Shown piece after piece: positions 12,428 to 30,300 of a DNA stretch of 64,000 nt (position 1 is the stretch's first letter; each line of letters starts with the position of its first letter). The notes beneath the pieces are model-generated. The model worked only from the letters and a program-made list of their open reading frames with translations, had not been told where the DNA came from and did not search any database. Source of the stretch: Microbotryum violaceum (Eukaryota). The stretch is from the NCBI GenBank assembly GCA_001244265.2, contig CDLV01000004.1, forward strand, positions 2,108,001 through 2,172,000, in the 5' to 3' direction. The position numbers were made by a program, and so were the translations under genes.

Positions 12428-13822
12428 TTGACCTTGGCGATACTCTATCTCACAATAGGTCATCTATCAACACCGTGTAGCTATAGCGAATCTTCATTCA
12501 TTCATTGGTACTCCAAGTCCAAATCCACAACAAATGTGACTGATCCCGACGTCTTACGAGCGCTGGATCCCATTGAGACGCCGTATCATCCTGTGGCGGA
12601 TGCGCCGCACGGCCCACCACCTTGTCGCACGCAATTATCCGATCTCAGTCCTGAGCAGATGTTGTCCCTCTGTTGCTACATCCGAGCCAAGGGAAGTGGC
12701 ATGAGCGTGGAGCAATACAACGAGCTACTTGCGGAAGCATGCCATCAGAAGGGTGTGGACCTGAAGCACTGCATGTTGCTCGAGAGCACAGGTCACTGGT
12801 TCAATGCGGTATCGGGCCTTGTCCCCGAGTACTTCGATACCTGCGTCCATGGTCACGTCGCATTCGTCAGGCCGCGTGCTAATCAGATGAGCTGTGACGC
12901 CAAGGCAAAGAAGCCTGGCCCATCAACCCGCGGACAAACAAAAGTCAGCAGGTGCCCGCGGTGTGTGACAAAGCGAGATTTGAGACGGGGCGAGACCATT
13001 GCGGTGGGACTGTAAGCAAGCCTTGACAGCAGGCCGTTTTCCTGGACCCGGTACCCAGACTCGAGGCCGCGTTCGCCAGTGCTCAGCAGGCCAAACTGCT
13101 TTGGTCCTTATACGAGGACCTCATGTCGTTTATCAAGAGGCGATCCGAGTTGGGCAACCCGGACACAGGGGGCTACTTCGATATATCATCCGGTCAAGCA
13201 CTGGCACGAGCGCACGACCTTGGCGCTTTCCACGACGAGAGGAATTGCTTCTTTGGAATTTTATCAGATGGCGCTCTAGTGCAGGAGCAACAGACAGGCT
13301 CGTTTTGGATATGGTCGGTCACGCTTTACAACATTCCGATCGAATCGGGTCGCTACAGTCGTGACAACATGTTTATTCTCATGATCGCTCCGTGCGCAAC
13401 AACACCGACCGACCTCGACAGTTTTGCGTGGATAATCTTGAAGCGGTTCGAGGAGGCGGCCCGAGGGATTTGGTGTTTCGATTCGCTCACGCAAGTGTGG
13501 TTCCTCTGGCGCGGCATCATCCTCTTCTTCCTTGCGGACCTCATGGGTCAAGCGAAGCAGTCGGGGTTCGCGATGAGCCGCGCTCTCGTCCCCTGCGTGG
13601 ATTGCGAGATCATCGCCGGAACCAAGGACAATGGCGCCGAACGCTTTCCAGTCGAGGACGGCCGCGCAACCTATGAGGTGAAGAAGAGGGTCAGCAAGAA
13701 GAAGCGTAAGACGGACAACGACGACGACGAGCTCGGCGACGCCAACGATGATGACAATGCCGATGACGAGCGCGGCGACAACGTCGTGAGGGGTCAGAAG
13801 AAGCGGGGCAGAACCTCATCAA
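12428..13822 (+). pseudogene. CACTA/EnSpm (Transposase_21-like) transposase fragment
   Basis: FDTCVHGHVAF, DISSG, GILSDGA, LYNIP...RYSRDNMF, DLDSF, GIWCFDS, FFLADLMG and PCVDC motifs. Frameshifted and cut by the Copia-2 LTR at 13823. TIRs not identified. Confidence 0.85.
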
Positions 13823-18525
<4,703 letters not shown>

Positions 18526-20983
18526 CACTGGGAGTGCGCGCACGGACCTGTCGGGAAGCCGTGTAAACATCGAAAGGGGCTTTGTCCTCATCCCGCTCGT
18601 CCGCCGAAGAGAAGAATCCAACGTTTGTGCGCATCGCCGATCCCATTCCTTGACCGTCCTGTCCCATCGATCCATTCCCTCCCCGGTTTGCACCGTTCCT
18701 CTGCTCCAAACCCTTCTCCCACGCATCCCAAAGAGCCTCATACGTCGGCATCCCCTCCGGCAAACGGTGCGGCAATGGACACTCGCGACCGCGGAAATAA
18801 TACCTCCCCGATTCTCCTTCAGTCACGTCCCCCTTCGACTTACGTTCCAAGACCTTAGGACAGGCGCGCGTCGGATGACCACCAAGTCCGCAACCACGAC
18901 AGTCGAGTCCAGAATTACGAGGCGTATAAGGAGTTGCATTGGCGCCAGTAGCGTATCCGTTGGGTCGAGGCTGTCCCCCTCGCATGTTCGCGTCCGGTCC
19001 TCCTCCATAGCCAAAGCCTTGAGAACCCCTCTGAGCTTGCCCTTGGTTACCGGATTGCCCCTGCTGAGGACCCTGAACATTACCGCCGTAGAAAGAGCCA
19101 GGTTGTTGGAAGCGAGCAAACTCCTGCTTCATCGTTACCAGTTCCTGCGACATCGTGGTCGTGTTCACAACCAAGCGGCGAAAGTCGTTGATGAAGTCAT
19201 CCGGCAGACTCGAGCTCCTCGATCCATTGTCCTCCGGTCCCGCTCCTGATCGACTCCTGGAAGACAAGGCTGATCGCGTGGCAGTTGATGGCATGGACTC
19301 TGACTCCTGACGACGAATAAAAGATAGGGGCAATCCCGAGAAACGAACACTCCTAGGCGCGGGACTGGGCAACCTGTCGTTGCGCCACCTATCCCTGCGA
19401 TCCTCTGCCTCTTCTTCCGAGTCTGAGTCCGAATCGTAGAAGTCTCTCCTGCGGGTATCCCTTCCTCGACGCGACGTACGACCTCCTCCTCTGAGCAGCT
19501 TGAGCATCTCTCCATACAACTCCCCGATACGAAGCTCTCGACGGTATTTCAGGTCATCCTCCTTGTGCTTCTTCCTGATCTCCACCATCTCAGCGTTTGT
19601 GACTCGCCAGCCAGTTGCCGCCTCCCTGTCTCTGGCCATTTGTTCCACCGAAGGAAGAAGGGAACGCGCCAATTTACGAAGTGACTTGTACTCCTTTACC
19701 AGCTCTCTAGGCGAACCTTCGAGGAACAGCGACGACTCACTCTGCCACGAGAGGACCTCTTTCTTCACCAGGGGCTCGGAGTGACGCTTGAAGCGGCGGT
19801 AGTACTCATCCAGGTCCTGCCGAGTCCTGATCTTCCTCCGTCCCTCCAACTGACGATCATTCACCTCATATAGACGGTCCGGCGAATCGTCATCGTCCCC
19901 TTCCCCAAACTCCTCAACCATCCTTTCCTTCACCCCCTCCCAGTTCAAATCCTTAAACTCATCCCACTCCTCAATCACTCGCATGAAACGATGAGGCACC
20001 GCATTGTGAAGATGTTTGCAGTACATCTCAGGGGTCGTGAAACGCGCGCTAAATAGGGGCTCATACTCCCTCAAGAACTTCTCCGCGTTACGGCCATTCA
20101 ACGGGTACGCCACATTCCTCGCTAAGTAAGGGGTTGCAAGGGTTGCCAATGTTTCCGCAATCTCCGCCGCAGCTGCTCCACCCATTCCTCCATTTCCATC
20201 CGCCCTGTGTACTTCATCCCTTCCCTCCGTTGCCTTCGCCATTTCGTTTCAATTCATGTAATGCCAAGTGTTCCGCCTTTCTTCCTTCCTTTTCCTTCCT
20301 TTCCTCCTTCCGAGATATCCAGGGGCTGCCGATGACGATGTGTCGAAGGCAAGTTGAGATTGTCGATGCTGACCACGGGCTAGGGCTTGAGGGCGTCCTT
20401 TGTGCAGAAACAAAGAGAAATCCCGGCTGACTCCCCAGTTATGGTATAGCAAAGCGGTCGATCAAAGATGATATGAAATGACAAGGGAAAACGAGACCGA
20501 GTACGAGAACGAAACACGCAGAAAGTGAGAACCAGCTAAGACGCTGAATTGGATCCTCGAAGTGGTCTCCCTAAAAACAAGAAGCAAACTCCCCTCCGAC
20601 GCCAGGACACTCCGATCCCTCCGGGCCAGCTTCCTCCTCTTTTCCGACACTCGGCCCTCCGAACACGCCATACTTCGTCCTGATCACGTCATACTTCGTC
20701 CTGAACTTTTATCCGCTCATGTGGCGCTAGGCCGAGCTAGCCGAATCTGCACTTCCCGACTAGGCGACTCCAGCCCGATCCCCGAGACCACCGAATTAGC
20801 CGTCGCCCGCGTGACCCGAGTACTCTGATTCAGCCGACGAGATCAGGAGTCCCATCTCATTTCCGACTTTGCTGCACGCGACGGGATCCCGAGTTCCACA
20901 ACGATCAGGAGTCCCATCTCATTTCCGACATCAGGAGTCTTATTTCCGACTTTGCTGCACGCGACGGGATCCCGAGTACCACA
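18526..20983 (-). mobile_element. Ty3/Gypsy remnant: 5' LTR, PBS and gag; pol lost
   Basis: LTR at 20440-20983 (same family as 62470-63026). PBS TGGGGAGTCAGCCGGGATT at 20419-20437 is complementary to a tRNA 3' end. gag ORF from 20242 carries the knuckle CRGCGLGGHPTRAC. Confidence 0.85.
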
Positions 20984-21314
20984 GTGACCAGCCAATATCT
21001 ACACTTCGTCAGAGGGCGTCAAGTCGTCATGTTCACGCCGGGAGCATCGTCAAAGGAAGAGAGAACCACTGCAGAACAGGTGGTATAACATAACGCGGAC
21101 GTATTTGTGTGTGAGCTCGGACAGCCATGTTGCGCGTCCAGCCTGTCACACTGATTGGTGAAGAGCCTGAAGAGTTATGTCATTATATCTATTACTCTGC
21201 GACCGTTCTGACTGAAAGCGCCGTTCACTGCGAGATACATAGCGGGGTCCCAGATCCATCATACAGCTTTCGGGCCGGCCGGGGCATCCGAAGGCGAGGC
21301 ACGTGGACTGTTCC

Positions 21315-23982
21315 TCAGTTGAGTAAGATAAGGAATGTCGCGAAATCCAACGCTGCAGCGAGGGCCACTCGAGTGAGGAGCTGGGACGCGGTTGATAGTT
21401 GCCGAGGGATCGATGTTTGTGTCGACGAGCCTCGGCCGGAGGTCGAAGTCGATCCACCCGCGGCACCGGTGGCCGAGTTGCCATCCGAAAGCGGGGTCGA
21501 GTAGTTCCCGATAGGTCTCGTTTGATCTGTGAACGCGCAGGAACTTGCCGCGCAAGTGCACCTATTGCCCACAGGATCGAAGAACGGCGTGGAGCAGTTT
21601 GTAGGCAAATGGGCCCTGACACCGAGCGTTGTATTCTGTGCCGGAACCGGGTTTTGTGGGGTTGGCGGCGTCACGGGGCACCCATAGCAAGTTGTCCACG
21701 AAAATTCGGTGAAGGGACACTGCAAGAGTAGGCCAGCTTCATTCTGTGCGAGCCCATTGCAGATCTTGAGCGATGCATCAACGGCGGGCGCGGAGCACTG
21801 CAACGCGGGGGATTGCGCGATCTGGTCGTTCGATTTGGGGTCTTGCATCCACGCCAAGAGCTGCTGATTCGTCACGAACCACACGTCCGGAAAGGTCTGT
21901 ACCCAATCAAGGAACTCTTGCAGCATCTCGCGCTGGGCCGTCGGGTTCGTCAGACCAGGATAGTTGACCGCAAGGTGGATGGGATGGGTGTAGAGTCCGA
22001 ACGGCTGGCGGTTCCCACTGTAGTGCGAGAGAAAGCTTGACTTGAGCCAAGCGAGTACCTCCGACATGTCTTCCGAGTCCAACCACGGATCCCTACGCGT
22101 GCGCGACGCAGAAGAAACCGAGCAAGGCACTGGCTGTGAGCAAAGGAGGAAAATACCCCTGCGTGTCCCATCTTGCGGACTCACATGAGATGAATATCGG
22201 AGGCATTGTTCGCTTCGAAAACGGCATACCTTTGCATTAGATGGAGATTAAATGTCCAGTTGTGTTAATACAAGGTACTGTCATTACGGGAACACCACGA
22301 CTCACATTGGGACCTCCCACAAGCCCGGCAGCTTTAGTGCTCCTTTGCACACCCCCGTCACATCCAGACAATTGTTTGCCAGGCCGTTGTCAAGTGTGTA
22401 TGGCCAGTACGCGTCCGTGGCAGCTGCATCAGCTGGACTCGCCGACGTCGCCGAAGAGTCGTATAGGAAACCGGACGTGTGCAGGGTCGTCAAAGTGCTG
22501 CTGGAGAAATTGAGCATTGGCGCACGGAACCCCTTGAGCTCGACCAATGGAATCCCGGAGAAAGCGTTTAGCGCAGCGAGGTTGCCGTTGATCTCGGTCT
22601 GTGTCAAATCACAACATGCATGCGAGGGAGTGAACCCTTCAAAAATTCGATCAAAAATTTCTCCAGTCATGCTTGCAGAGAGCGTAGACCGCTTGGCACT
22701 CACGGCAGGGGGGTCGCCAACATGAGTCATAGTGTGGTCGGCGATTTCGTTGCCGGCAACGAACCAGTCGGTGACCATGCTGTAATTGCTGTACATGAGC
22801 TGTGAGTTTTTCTGGGTGAGTGAGTAGACCTCAAATTCCTTGGTCGGAACCGAGATGGCAAGTACTGACCGAGTTGAAGTAGGTCATCTTGGGTTGACAT
22901 CCATTCGGGTTCTTGCGCTTGGACAGGAGATAGTCAAGCACCTCGATCGTGAAGGTGTTGACGGCGTCATCGGCGGTGACCGCTGAGCAGGGGGATTGTT
23001 TGGGATAGAAGCACAGCATGTGAGTGATCGAGGACTCGAGCCAAGGATTTCGAACACCGAGCGCGGTTGTGTTCCCATGTAGAGTCGTACCCATTTTCGC
23101 CCTGAGCTTGCGCGGCAAGTCGACTCACTGATGAATTGAGGGGTATCCTTCGGACTCAGTCGCCCTGGTGGATTCACGGATGCGCACTGTTGATCGGGCG
23201 CCAAGTTTGGTGGGACAGATGGTGCAACGATTGGGAAGGTGTGGGCAGGATCAAGGGATGGTGGCGATCAGCATGACTCTCATCACGGTCAGGGACCCCA
23301 CGCAGCCAGTTGAGTGACGAGCTCGGCAATGCCTTCGGCGAGCAGCTGTGGAGCAAGGAGCTCGGAAGCAGTGTGATGCAGAGACAGACCACCTACATGG
23401 CATGAGGGAAGCACGCAGGTAGTGTCATCACAGGTGTATCCTGCAGCTCTGCGGAGTCGGAGAAACATCGATGATCATCCGCGAGGTCAGCCGCGAGTCT
23501 TCTGAGTGAGCATCATAGTCGAATCAAGGTCGCTCGGTCGACGCGACCCCAAGCGGCTGCCGGCTACCACCTCTCCGCGCGCCGTCCGGCCGCGGACCCC
23601 GCCGAAGCTCGATCGTGCGAGGGGCTTTCGAGTGCCTTAGCTCGACCAACGATCACTAGACCTGAGCGGGTGCATTGTGAACCAACGTGCGGAGAAAACG
23701 TGGCAGAGCGGGTACTCACTCTGCAGAATTTGAGCCAGTTGAGATTGCCTGTCCTTCACCCGAGCTTGTCGTCGACTGTCGTTTCCAAAACGGTACAGCA
23801 GCAGTGTCATCGGCGGCGGCCCGTTCGCGCTCGAGCTTGAGTCGGTCGAGGTGTCGCGCAAAGACTTGGGCCCCAGCGCCCTCTCGTTCTTCGAGCAATG
23901 ACGACGGAGCAAGACCACCGGAATGTGGATGTGCCATAGGTAAAGGCAGACTGAAGACGAGCAAACTTATCGCAAGATGCAT
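21315..23982 (-). CDS. Secreted, probably GPI-anchored polysaccharide deacetylase (CE4, chitin-deacetylase-like), multi-exon
   Basis: Signal peptide MHLAISLLVFSLPLP; motifs TADDAVN, EIADHTMTH, GFRAPML, YDSS, LWEVPM and FGLYTHPIH; Cys-rich region; S/T/G linker and hydrophobic C-terminus ALAAALDFATFLILLN*. Confidence 0.9.
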
Positions 23983-24320
23983 GGTCACGGCGGTACGTCG
24001 GGGCCGGCTTGTCGTCGATGGACAGCAGCGAAAGAGTGAATAAAGAAGCGAGGATTCAAGAGCTCGGTCCGCCGACTTGGGAGGCACCGCCGACATCCGG
24101 CAACGGACGCCGCTCAGCACAGCACCGCGATTCACGAAGCTAAGGCATAGTTCGTCCGTGGGGGCAGGTCACGGGATTTGCGGAGTTTTACTCAAGATCC
24201 CCGAGGTGGCTCCAAATGAAGCATTGATAACGACTCACCAAGGTCAGCAGGGGTAGATGCCCAGTACCAACACGTCATGCGCCGCGACGCCTCAGTCCAA
24301 CTCTTCGAGTGTCGAGACTA

Positions 24321-24709
24321 CACATGCGCGCGCGAAACTCATGGAGCCCATATGGAAAAACGCCGTATGTCTGCAAAGACCAAAGTTACCTTGCACCGTG
24401 AACGGCTCCCTTCTAATTTCAATCAGCATCGATTGAAATTGTTGTTTTGTATACCAGCCCCTTCACAACTAACTACATGCAAAGTTACCTTGCGCCTTAA
24501 ATGGCTCCCTTCTGATTCCACATCGCTTGAAATTGCTGGCTTTTTTGGCTGTGTAGTCCAGTTGTGAAGGGGCTGGCAAACAAAATAACAATTTCAATCG
24601 ATGCTGATTGAAATTAGAAGGGAGCCGTTCACGGTGCAAGGTAACTTTGGTCTTTGCAGACATACAGCGTTTTTCCATATGGGCTCCATGAGTTTCGCGC
24701 GCGCATGTG
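24321..24709. mobile_element. MITE, 389 bp, about 150-bp TIRs, flanked by TA
   Basis: 24321-24470 is a near-perfect inverted copy of 24560-24709 (CACATGCGCG...CGCGCATGTG), with TA on both sides. Confidence 0.9.
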
Positions 24710-24835
24710 TAGGAGCAGTCACTGCAACGATGTCAACGTGGGCTGAGACATCGCGCGCAATTATGCAGACATGCACAGACAAGTCGACGACTTCTGTTTG
24801 TACAACTTACAACAAAGTCTATCCTTTCCGACCCC

Positions 24836-27179
24836 TCAAAATTTGGTTCCATCCCAATCACGCCCTGCGCTCTCAAAGTAGTTCCTAAACCATCCGACCT
24901 CACTCTCGCCCCCGCCGGCGCCACCTTGGTCCCGACAAATCTCGCCCCTCGTCTCGACCATCTCCAACAACTCTTTGACCAAACCAATACCAATACCAAT
25001 ACCTTCGCCTCCCCCTTCATGCGACTCGTCGTCGGATTGAGCGATCTCGATCGTCGATAGACCTTGCATCCGCAAAGGTTCGTCCGGGGACTCGCGGCTC
25101 GAGAGGGAAATGGCTTGCTCGAGGTCCAATAGGTCCCAAATCCGTTGACTAAAAACGGGGAGCGAGTATCGTGAGGTGTGCAGAATCGTGAGACCACTTG
25201 GGAGCGTGAGGAGTGAAAGCATTGGCGATGTGTGCATCGGTAGGTATGGGGTCGCGAGTCGAAAATCTTTCGGCGAGATGAGGGCTGGAGAGGAGAGGCA
25301 CATAAGCCGAATGCGAAAGACTCACGACAACGCTCAGCTTTAGAATCACGTATCTGGTACCGTCCGAGGCGTATCACTCGACACTCACCCACACCTCGAG
25401 CCCTGTTCCAAGCGCACCACGCTTCGTCCAGCCCGACGACACCTCTCCGCCTGACGACGGCGTCGGAGTGATTCAACAGCGTTCCGAGTTCTTTGGCAAG
25501 CTCTTCATGGTACCTTTGACTTTCGCTGATGAGATCTGGAGTGATGGCCAACTCGATCAAACCCAAGGAAGCGAGGGACGAGGTCGCAAGGGAAGATGCC
25601 GCTGTCTTCTCCGAGGTGGACACCGCAGGAGTGCTGGTTCCGGCGGTAGAGGTGCTGCCAGCGTTCGCCTGTGCAAGTCGTTCGTTGATTAATTGCGCGA
25701 GCTGAATCATGTCTTTGGCTTTGGACATGAGCGACTGGAGATCCTTCAGGGCCGATTCGAGCGATTGGTCCCGATCGGCTGCTTCCAATGTGAACGATTT
25801 CATGATGGCACCTGTAAGTAGAAGAGGGATGAAGAAAGCCACTAACAAGTCAGCCTCGAAACTCGCTTGGTTTGGAATTCGGAATCAGCCTCGTCGGAAA
25901 AGCGCCTACCAATCCCACCCGCTCGCTCATTGATCGCCCCGAGCGCTCGCGCCTCGGACGACCCGTTGCTCGACTTGGACGGTCGGAGCAGTGCATTGGC
26001 ACTTTGCCAGTCCCAAGCTTTCCTGGCCAGGGCTTCCTTGAGTGCGTTGTAGAACTCGCGTTCGCCGCCGGTTCGAAAGCTCAGGCGCATTAAGTGGTCG
26101 TTCGACGATGCGAGAGAGTCCGGGGTCGAGGGCCTCGAGATCGACAAGGAGCCTCTTCTCGGCGCGCTCAAGGTTGGGGCCGGGCGAAGCGAAGGCAGAG
26201 GCGAGTCACACAGCTCACATCTTGACATGGAGTGATGGTTCAGAAAGGTGCAAACGGGGCAGGGGAGCTTGCCGTCGACCAAAGTTAGGGCGGCTGGGTC
26301 AGAGACAGAGTTTTCGGCGTCGGGCCTCTGCTGCGAGGTGGGGCCAAGAAGCGAGGCAGGTAAGGATGGTAGTGGAGTAGGTATTGGCGAATGAGAACAG
26401 TCTGTCCGAGATGCGACGGACCGAAGAGCGGGGGAAGATGGAGCAGGACTGGCGGGAAATGAGGCAGACGGGGAGGGAGCTGAGGCCGCTGCGGTGAGGG
26501 AGGCGGATTGACTGCTCGAGGTGATGAGTTTGTCGCGGGTGATGCCGCAGAGCGAGCATTTGATCGAGGATATATTGGACATGCCACACACGCGACATAT
26601 CCACGTGCGTCGGCCACTAGCACTCGATGACGTTGGTGTAGGGGAGGCGATTGAACCGGCGGGCAGTGGGGACGGCGCCGAGGTTGAGGCTGACGTGGTC
26701 AGAGCGGCGGATTGGCTCGAGGCAGAACTCGACGAGAGGAACCCGGCAGCGGTGGTGGCGGCGGTGGTACCATTGATCGATGTGGCCGCTGCATCGGGTG
26801 ATCCCAAGAGAAGGGTGATCTTGGGGCTGGACTTGAGGAAACCGGTGTAGTACTCGGTCTGTCTTACGTGCGCGAGGTCGAGGGCGAGCGAGTACCGGTG
26901 CGGCTTGTGCGACGCGACGAACAGCAGTCGATGGCTTGTGAGATGCAGTCGACCAGCAAAGTGGTTGGGCGATTTTTCCTTGCTGCGAGCGTTGCCGTGC
27001 GGTGGGGTCAGCTTCCCGATGATCGCTCGCTCCATAGAGAAAGTGGGGGGTAACTGCACTGACCCATCGTAGAGGCCGACGCCGTCCTGGGCTTGTAGCA
27101 GTGTCTCGTCCGGATAGAGCGATGCCGATAAGGCCTGCAGTGAAACATTGATGGAGGTGCAGTACCTGTCGAGCGCCAT
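24836..27179 (-). CDS. VPS36: ESCRT-II subunit Vps36 (split GLUE domain, two NZF zinc fingers, winged-helix C-terminus)
   Basis: ETLLQAQDGVGLYDG, GRLHLTSHRLLF, GFLKSSPKITL, WICRVCGMSN, CPVCTFLNHHSMSRCELCD, RLSFRTGG, DLQSLMSKAKDM and WNRARGV, with three GT-AG introns. Confidence 0.95.
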
Positions 27180-27371
27180 CGCCGAGGCTTGGGTGGCCCG
27201 CGAGCAGTAAGAAAGCACGAGGATCCCTGAAGCTCTCTAGAGCTGAAGGTTTGTTCAACGAAAATTGGGGTGCACGAGCTGGGGAAATTGATGACGATCT
27301 CAACATTAGTAACTAAGTGCGGCAGCCTCTACCTGACCTAAACTAACAGCTAAATCCTTAAAACTATTCTA

Positions 27372-30300
27372 CCAGTGGGAACCCGTGTTGTATCAACGGG
27401 AGGATGAAAATTGAATAGCAGAATCATGATCTCAGTGAAGATAAAACACACAATACAAAGGACAGCATCAAAACTATTCTCCATTCATTGCCCTGAGAAC
27501 AGAGCGGAATACTGGGTTTGGGGTCGCGGTGGCTGCGGCTGCCGCTCGATCAACGGCTTGTAGGTCGTCGTCATCATCGGCGGGGTCTCGAGAGGGCAGT
27601 AGCACCTTGAGTCGATCAACACTCATGGCTCGAGACAATGCCACATACAGCTGCCCATGAGTGAAGACGGGATGTAGGGAGAGATCGACGCCAACGCGAT
27701 CGAGTGATTGACCTTGGGCTTTGTTGATCGTCATGGCCAAGGCAACGCGAAGCGGGAATTGGAGCCGGCGCATAGTGAAACCAAGTTGGCGACTGCCAGT
27801 CGCATTTGTCTCAAGTCGCACGCGAGGGATGAAGACCGTGGTGCCCGCTCGATCTCCGGTCAAGATGATGGCATGAATGACTCTCGATCTTGCGTGCGAC
27901 ACGATCAGGCAGGTACCGTTGCAGAGGCCCACGTCTGGGTCCAAATTGCGAAGAAGAACGACGGGGATCCCTTCCTTGAGACGCAAGTGATGCGCGGGGA
28001 AGTTGGATGGGTTGATTGAATGTGATTACTCTGGCGAAATCAGTTCAGGCGCCATTCCACCCCCAGTTCCGCCTGCCTCAACAACCTCGTCTGCGCTGCG
28101 ATACTCGATGTAGTCGCCATCGAGCTCTTCCAGCAGCTTGGCATTGATGCGATCGACCGTTGCGTTATGCGGAGCTAGGAATGCCTGACGTGAGAGCAGC
28201 TGAATCAGGTCTTCGAGGGACTCCTTGTTCACGGTCCTTAAACCAGGGTAGACAAAGTTGATCAACCCTTCGGCCGTTCTTTGACCGTCCGGAAGCAGCA
28301 GGTAATCGGGCAGCTGCGAAACGAATGGAAGGGGTCTTAGTGTCGGTTGGTTGGGTAAAAGAGGGGAGCCCAACGTACCGCAATCTTGTCGTATGGGTGC
28401 ATGTTGGCAGTTCCATCTCCCACGGTGAGTAGCCATTCCGCAAAGTCGCGCGTTCGAGCTGAGACGCATGTTCTCGGTAAGTCGCAAGATACGAACGTCG
28501 CGCCAGAAGTCTGCCTTGATGAGGGATGCATCGACGATTTGACCGGGAGTTCCTTTGGGAACGAAAGGAAGGCACTGGCGAAAGTCACCTGCAAATTGGA
28601 AACCTCATTAGCATGCCGCTGTTCAGAGCGGAGGCGGAAGAGCCCAACTGACCCGCAAAGATTGTTGTCACCCCGCCGAAGAGCTCCTCGATCTGTCGGA
28701 GATCACGCAGTAAACGGTCGACCGCTTCGACCGCGAATCGATGCGCCATTGGTGCTTCATCCCAAATGATAAGCTTGGTGGTACGCAGCATCAGCGCGAG
28801 ATCACTCTCCCTGTCGACTGGACACCTCGAGGTTGGCAAGGTGTCGAGTGGGATTCGAAAAGTCGAATGCGCCGTGTGTCCTCCCTTGAGAAGCAACGCC
28901 GCTACTCCGGACGACGCCACCGCAATCGCTTGGTCGCCTCGAGCTCGCACAGTATCGAGAAGGGCATTTTCCACAAAAGTCTTGCCAGTACCCCCAGGTG
29001 CTAGCAGGAAAAACACATGCTACGGCCCAAGGTTGTTGTCGCGCATCTGATCGACGACATCGAGCTCGACCGCGCGAAGACACTCGTCAAATGCAATTCG
29101 TTGGTCGTGGTTCAGACGGGCATGCGCCGCTTCGGCATCTTGCGCGCATTGCTGGCGATCAAAACGGGGAAGCCGTTCCTCGAGACGATCAAACAGCCGC
29201 ACTTCGTCCTCGGTCAGCTCGGGAAGATCAAAGAAGGCCAAAGTTCGATCGTTTGCCGCAAGGAGGAGACGAATCTTGTTGAGGGTCCACAGGCGGATGG
29301 TTTGATCGTTGAAGGGCACGTCTTCATAGCGTTCGATGTGATAACGGGCATCGTCGCTAAGAGAAGCAAAGTGAAGATCCAGCAAAGCTGGTGGGTTGGC
29401 AACCGTCGCATGGATGAGCATGAACACGAATGATCGACGTAGTTGGTCACCGGTTTCAATCTGTGCAGCTTCCCTGAGACAGATGTGATGCTCGCCATCG
29501 TCGGCGAGAAGTCCACGAGCGGCGCAAGCGGCGCGATAGGAAGGATAAACGACGTCTTCGAACATGAGCAGGTCCGCAAACGATGTCGGGCCCATGACGA
29601 CCTCGAGGAGCAGTCTGAGGCAAAAGCGCTCCCCACTACGCAGTGGGACGGTGTAGATTCGTCCAATGACATTGCGATCATGGACTCGGCGTTTCCAGCG
29701 CAACTTCTCCTTATTCCAGGAGTAGTAGCGCCGCACATTCGTGTAGAACAACGTGGTAGTGAGCTCGCCGTCGGGAGCTGCAGCGCACAGGTCGAAGAAG
29801 CCGGTCAGTTTGAAGCGAGTGGGCGGAGTGTCGAGGGGCAGCGGTTCATTGGGATTGATCTGCACAGATTGTTGATTCTCCAGATGGACCGGTAGTCGAT
29901 TGACGGGTGGCCACACTCTACCGACCGAGAATCCGAATAGGCGGTGGACCGCTTCTGGAGCACTGATGTAGCGACCTTCGACGAACTCGTTGATCTCATC
30001 TCGAACCGGTTCGTCCTCGCGAGCCCCTTCACCGTTCGCTGCACGCTCAACACGCGCCACAGCTCGATCCGGACCTTTGTACACATACTTGAAGAGGTAC
30101 TTGATCGCGCCGATCGTTGTCACAGCCTCCACATTGATATGCGCATTGTACTTGGCGCAGAGATAAGGCGAGTACGGCACGCAGTCACCATCGTTGTAGA
30201 TAACACCCCCTTGACAACGGCGTGGCTAAAGCGTCGGCGATACAACGGGTAGCCTTCAGGGTGCATGCGGGTGTGGGGTTCTGTTCGCGAGGAAAATGGC

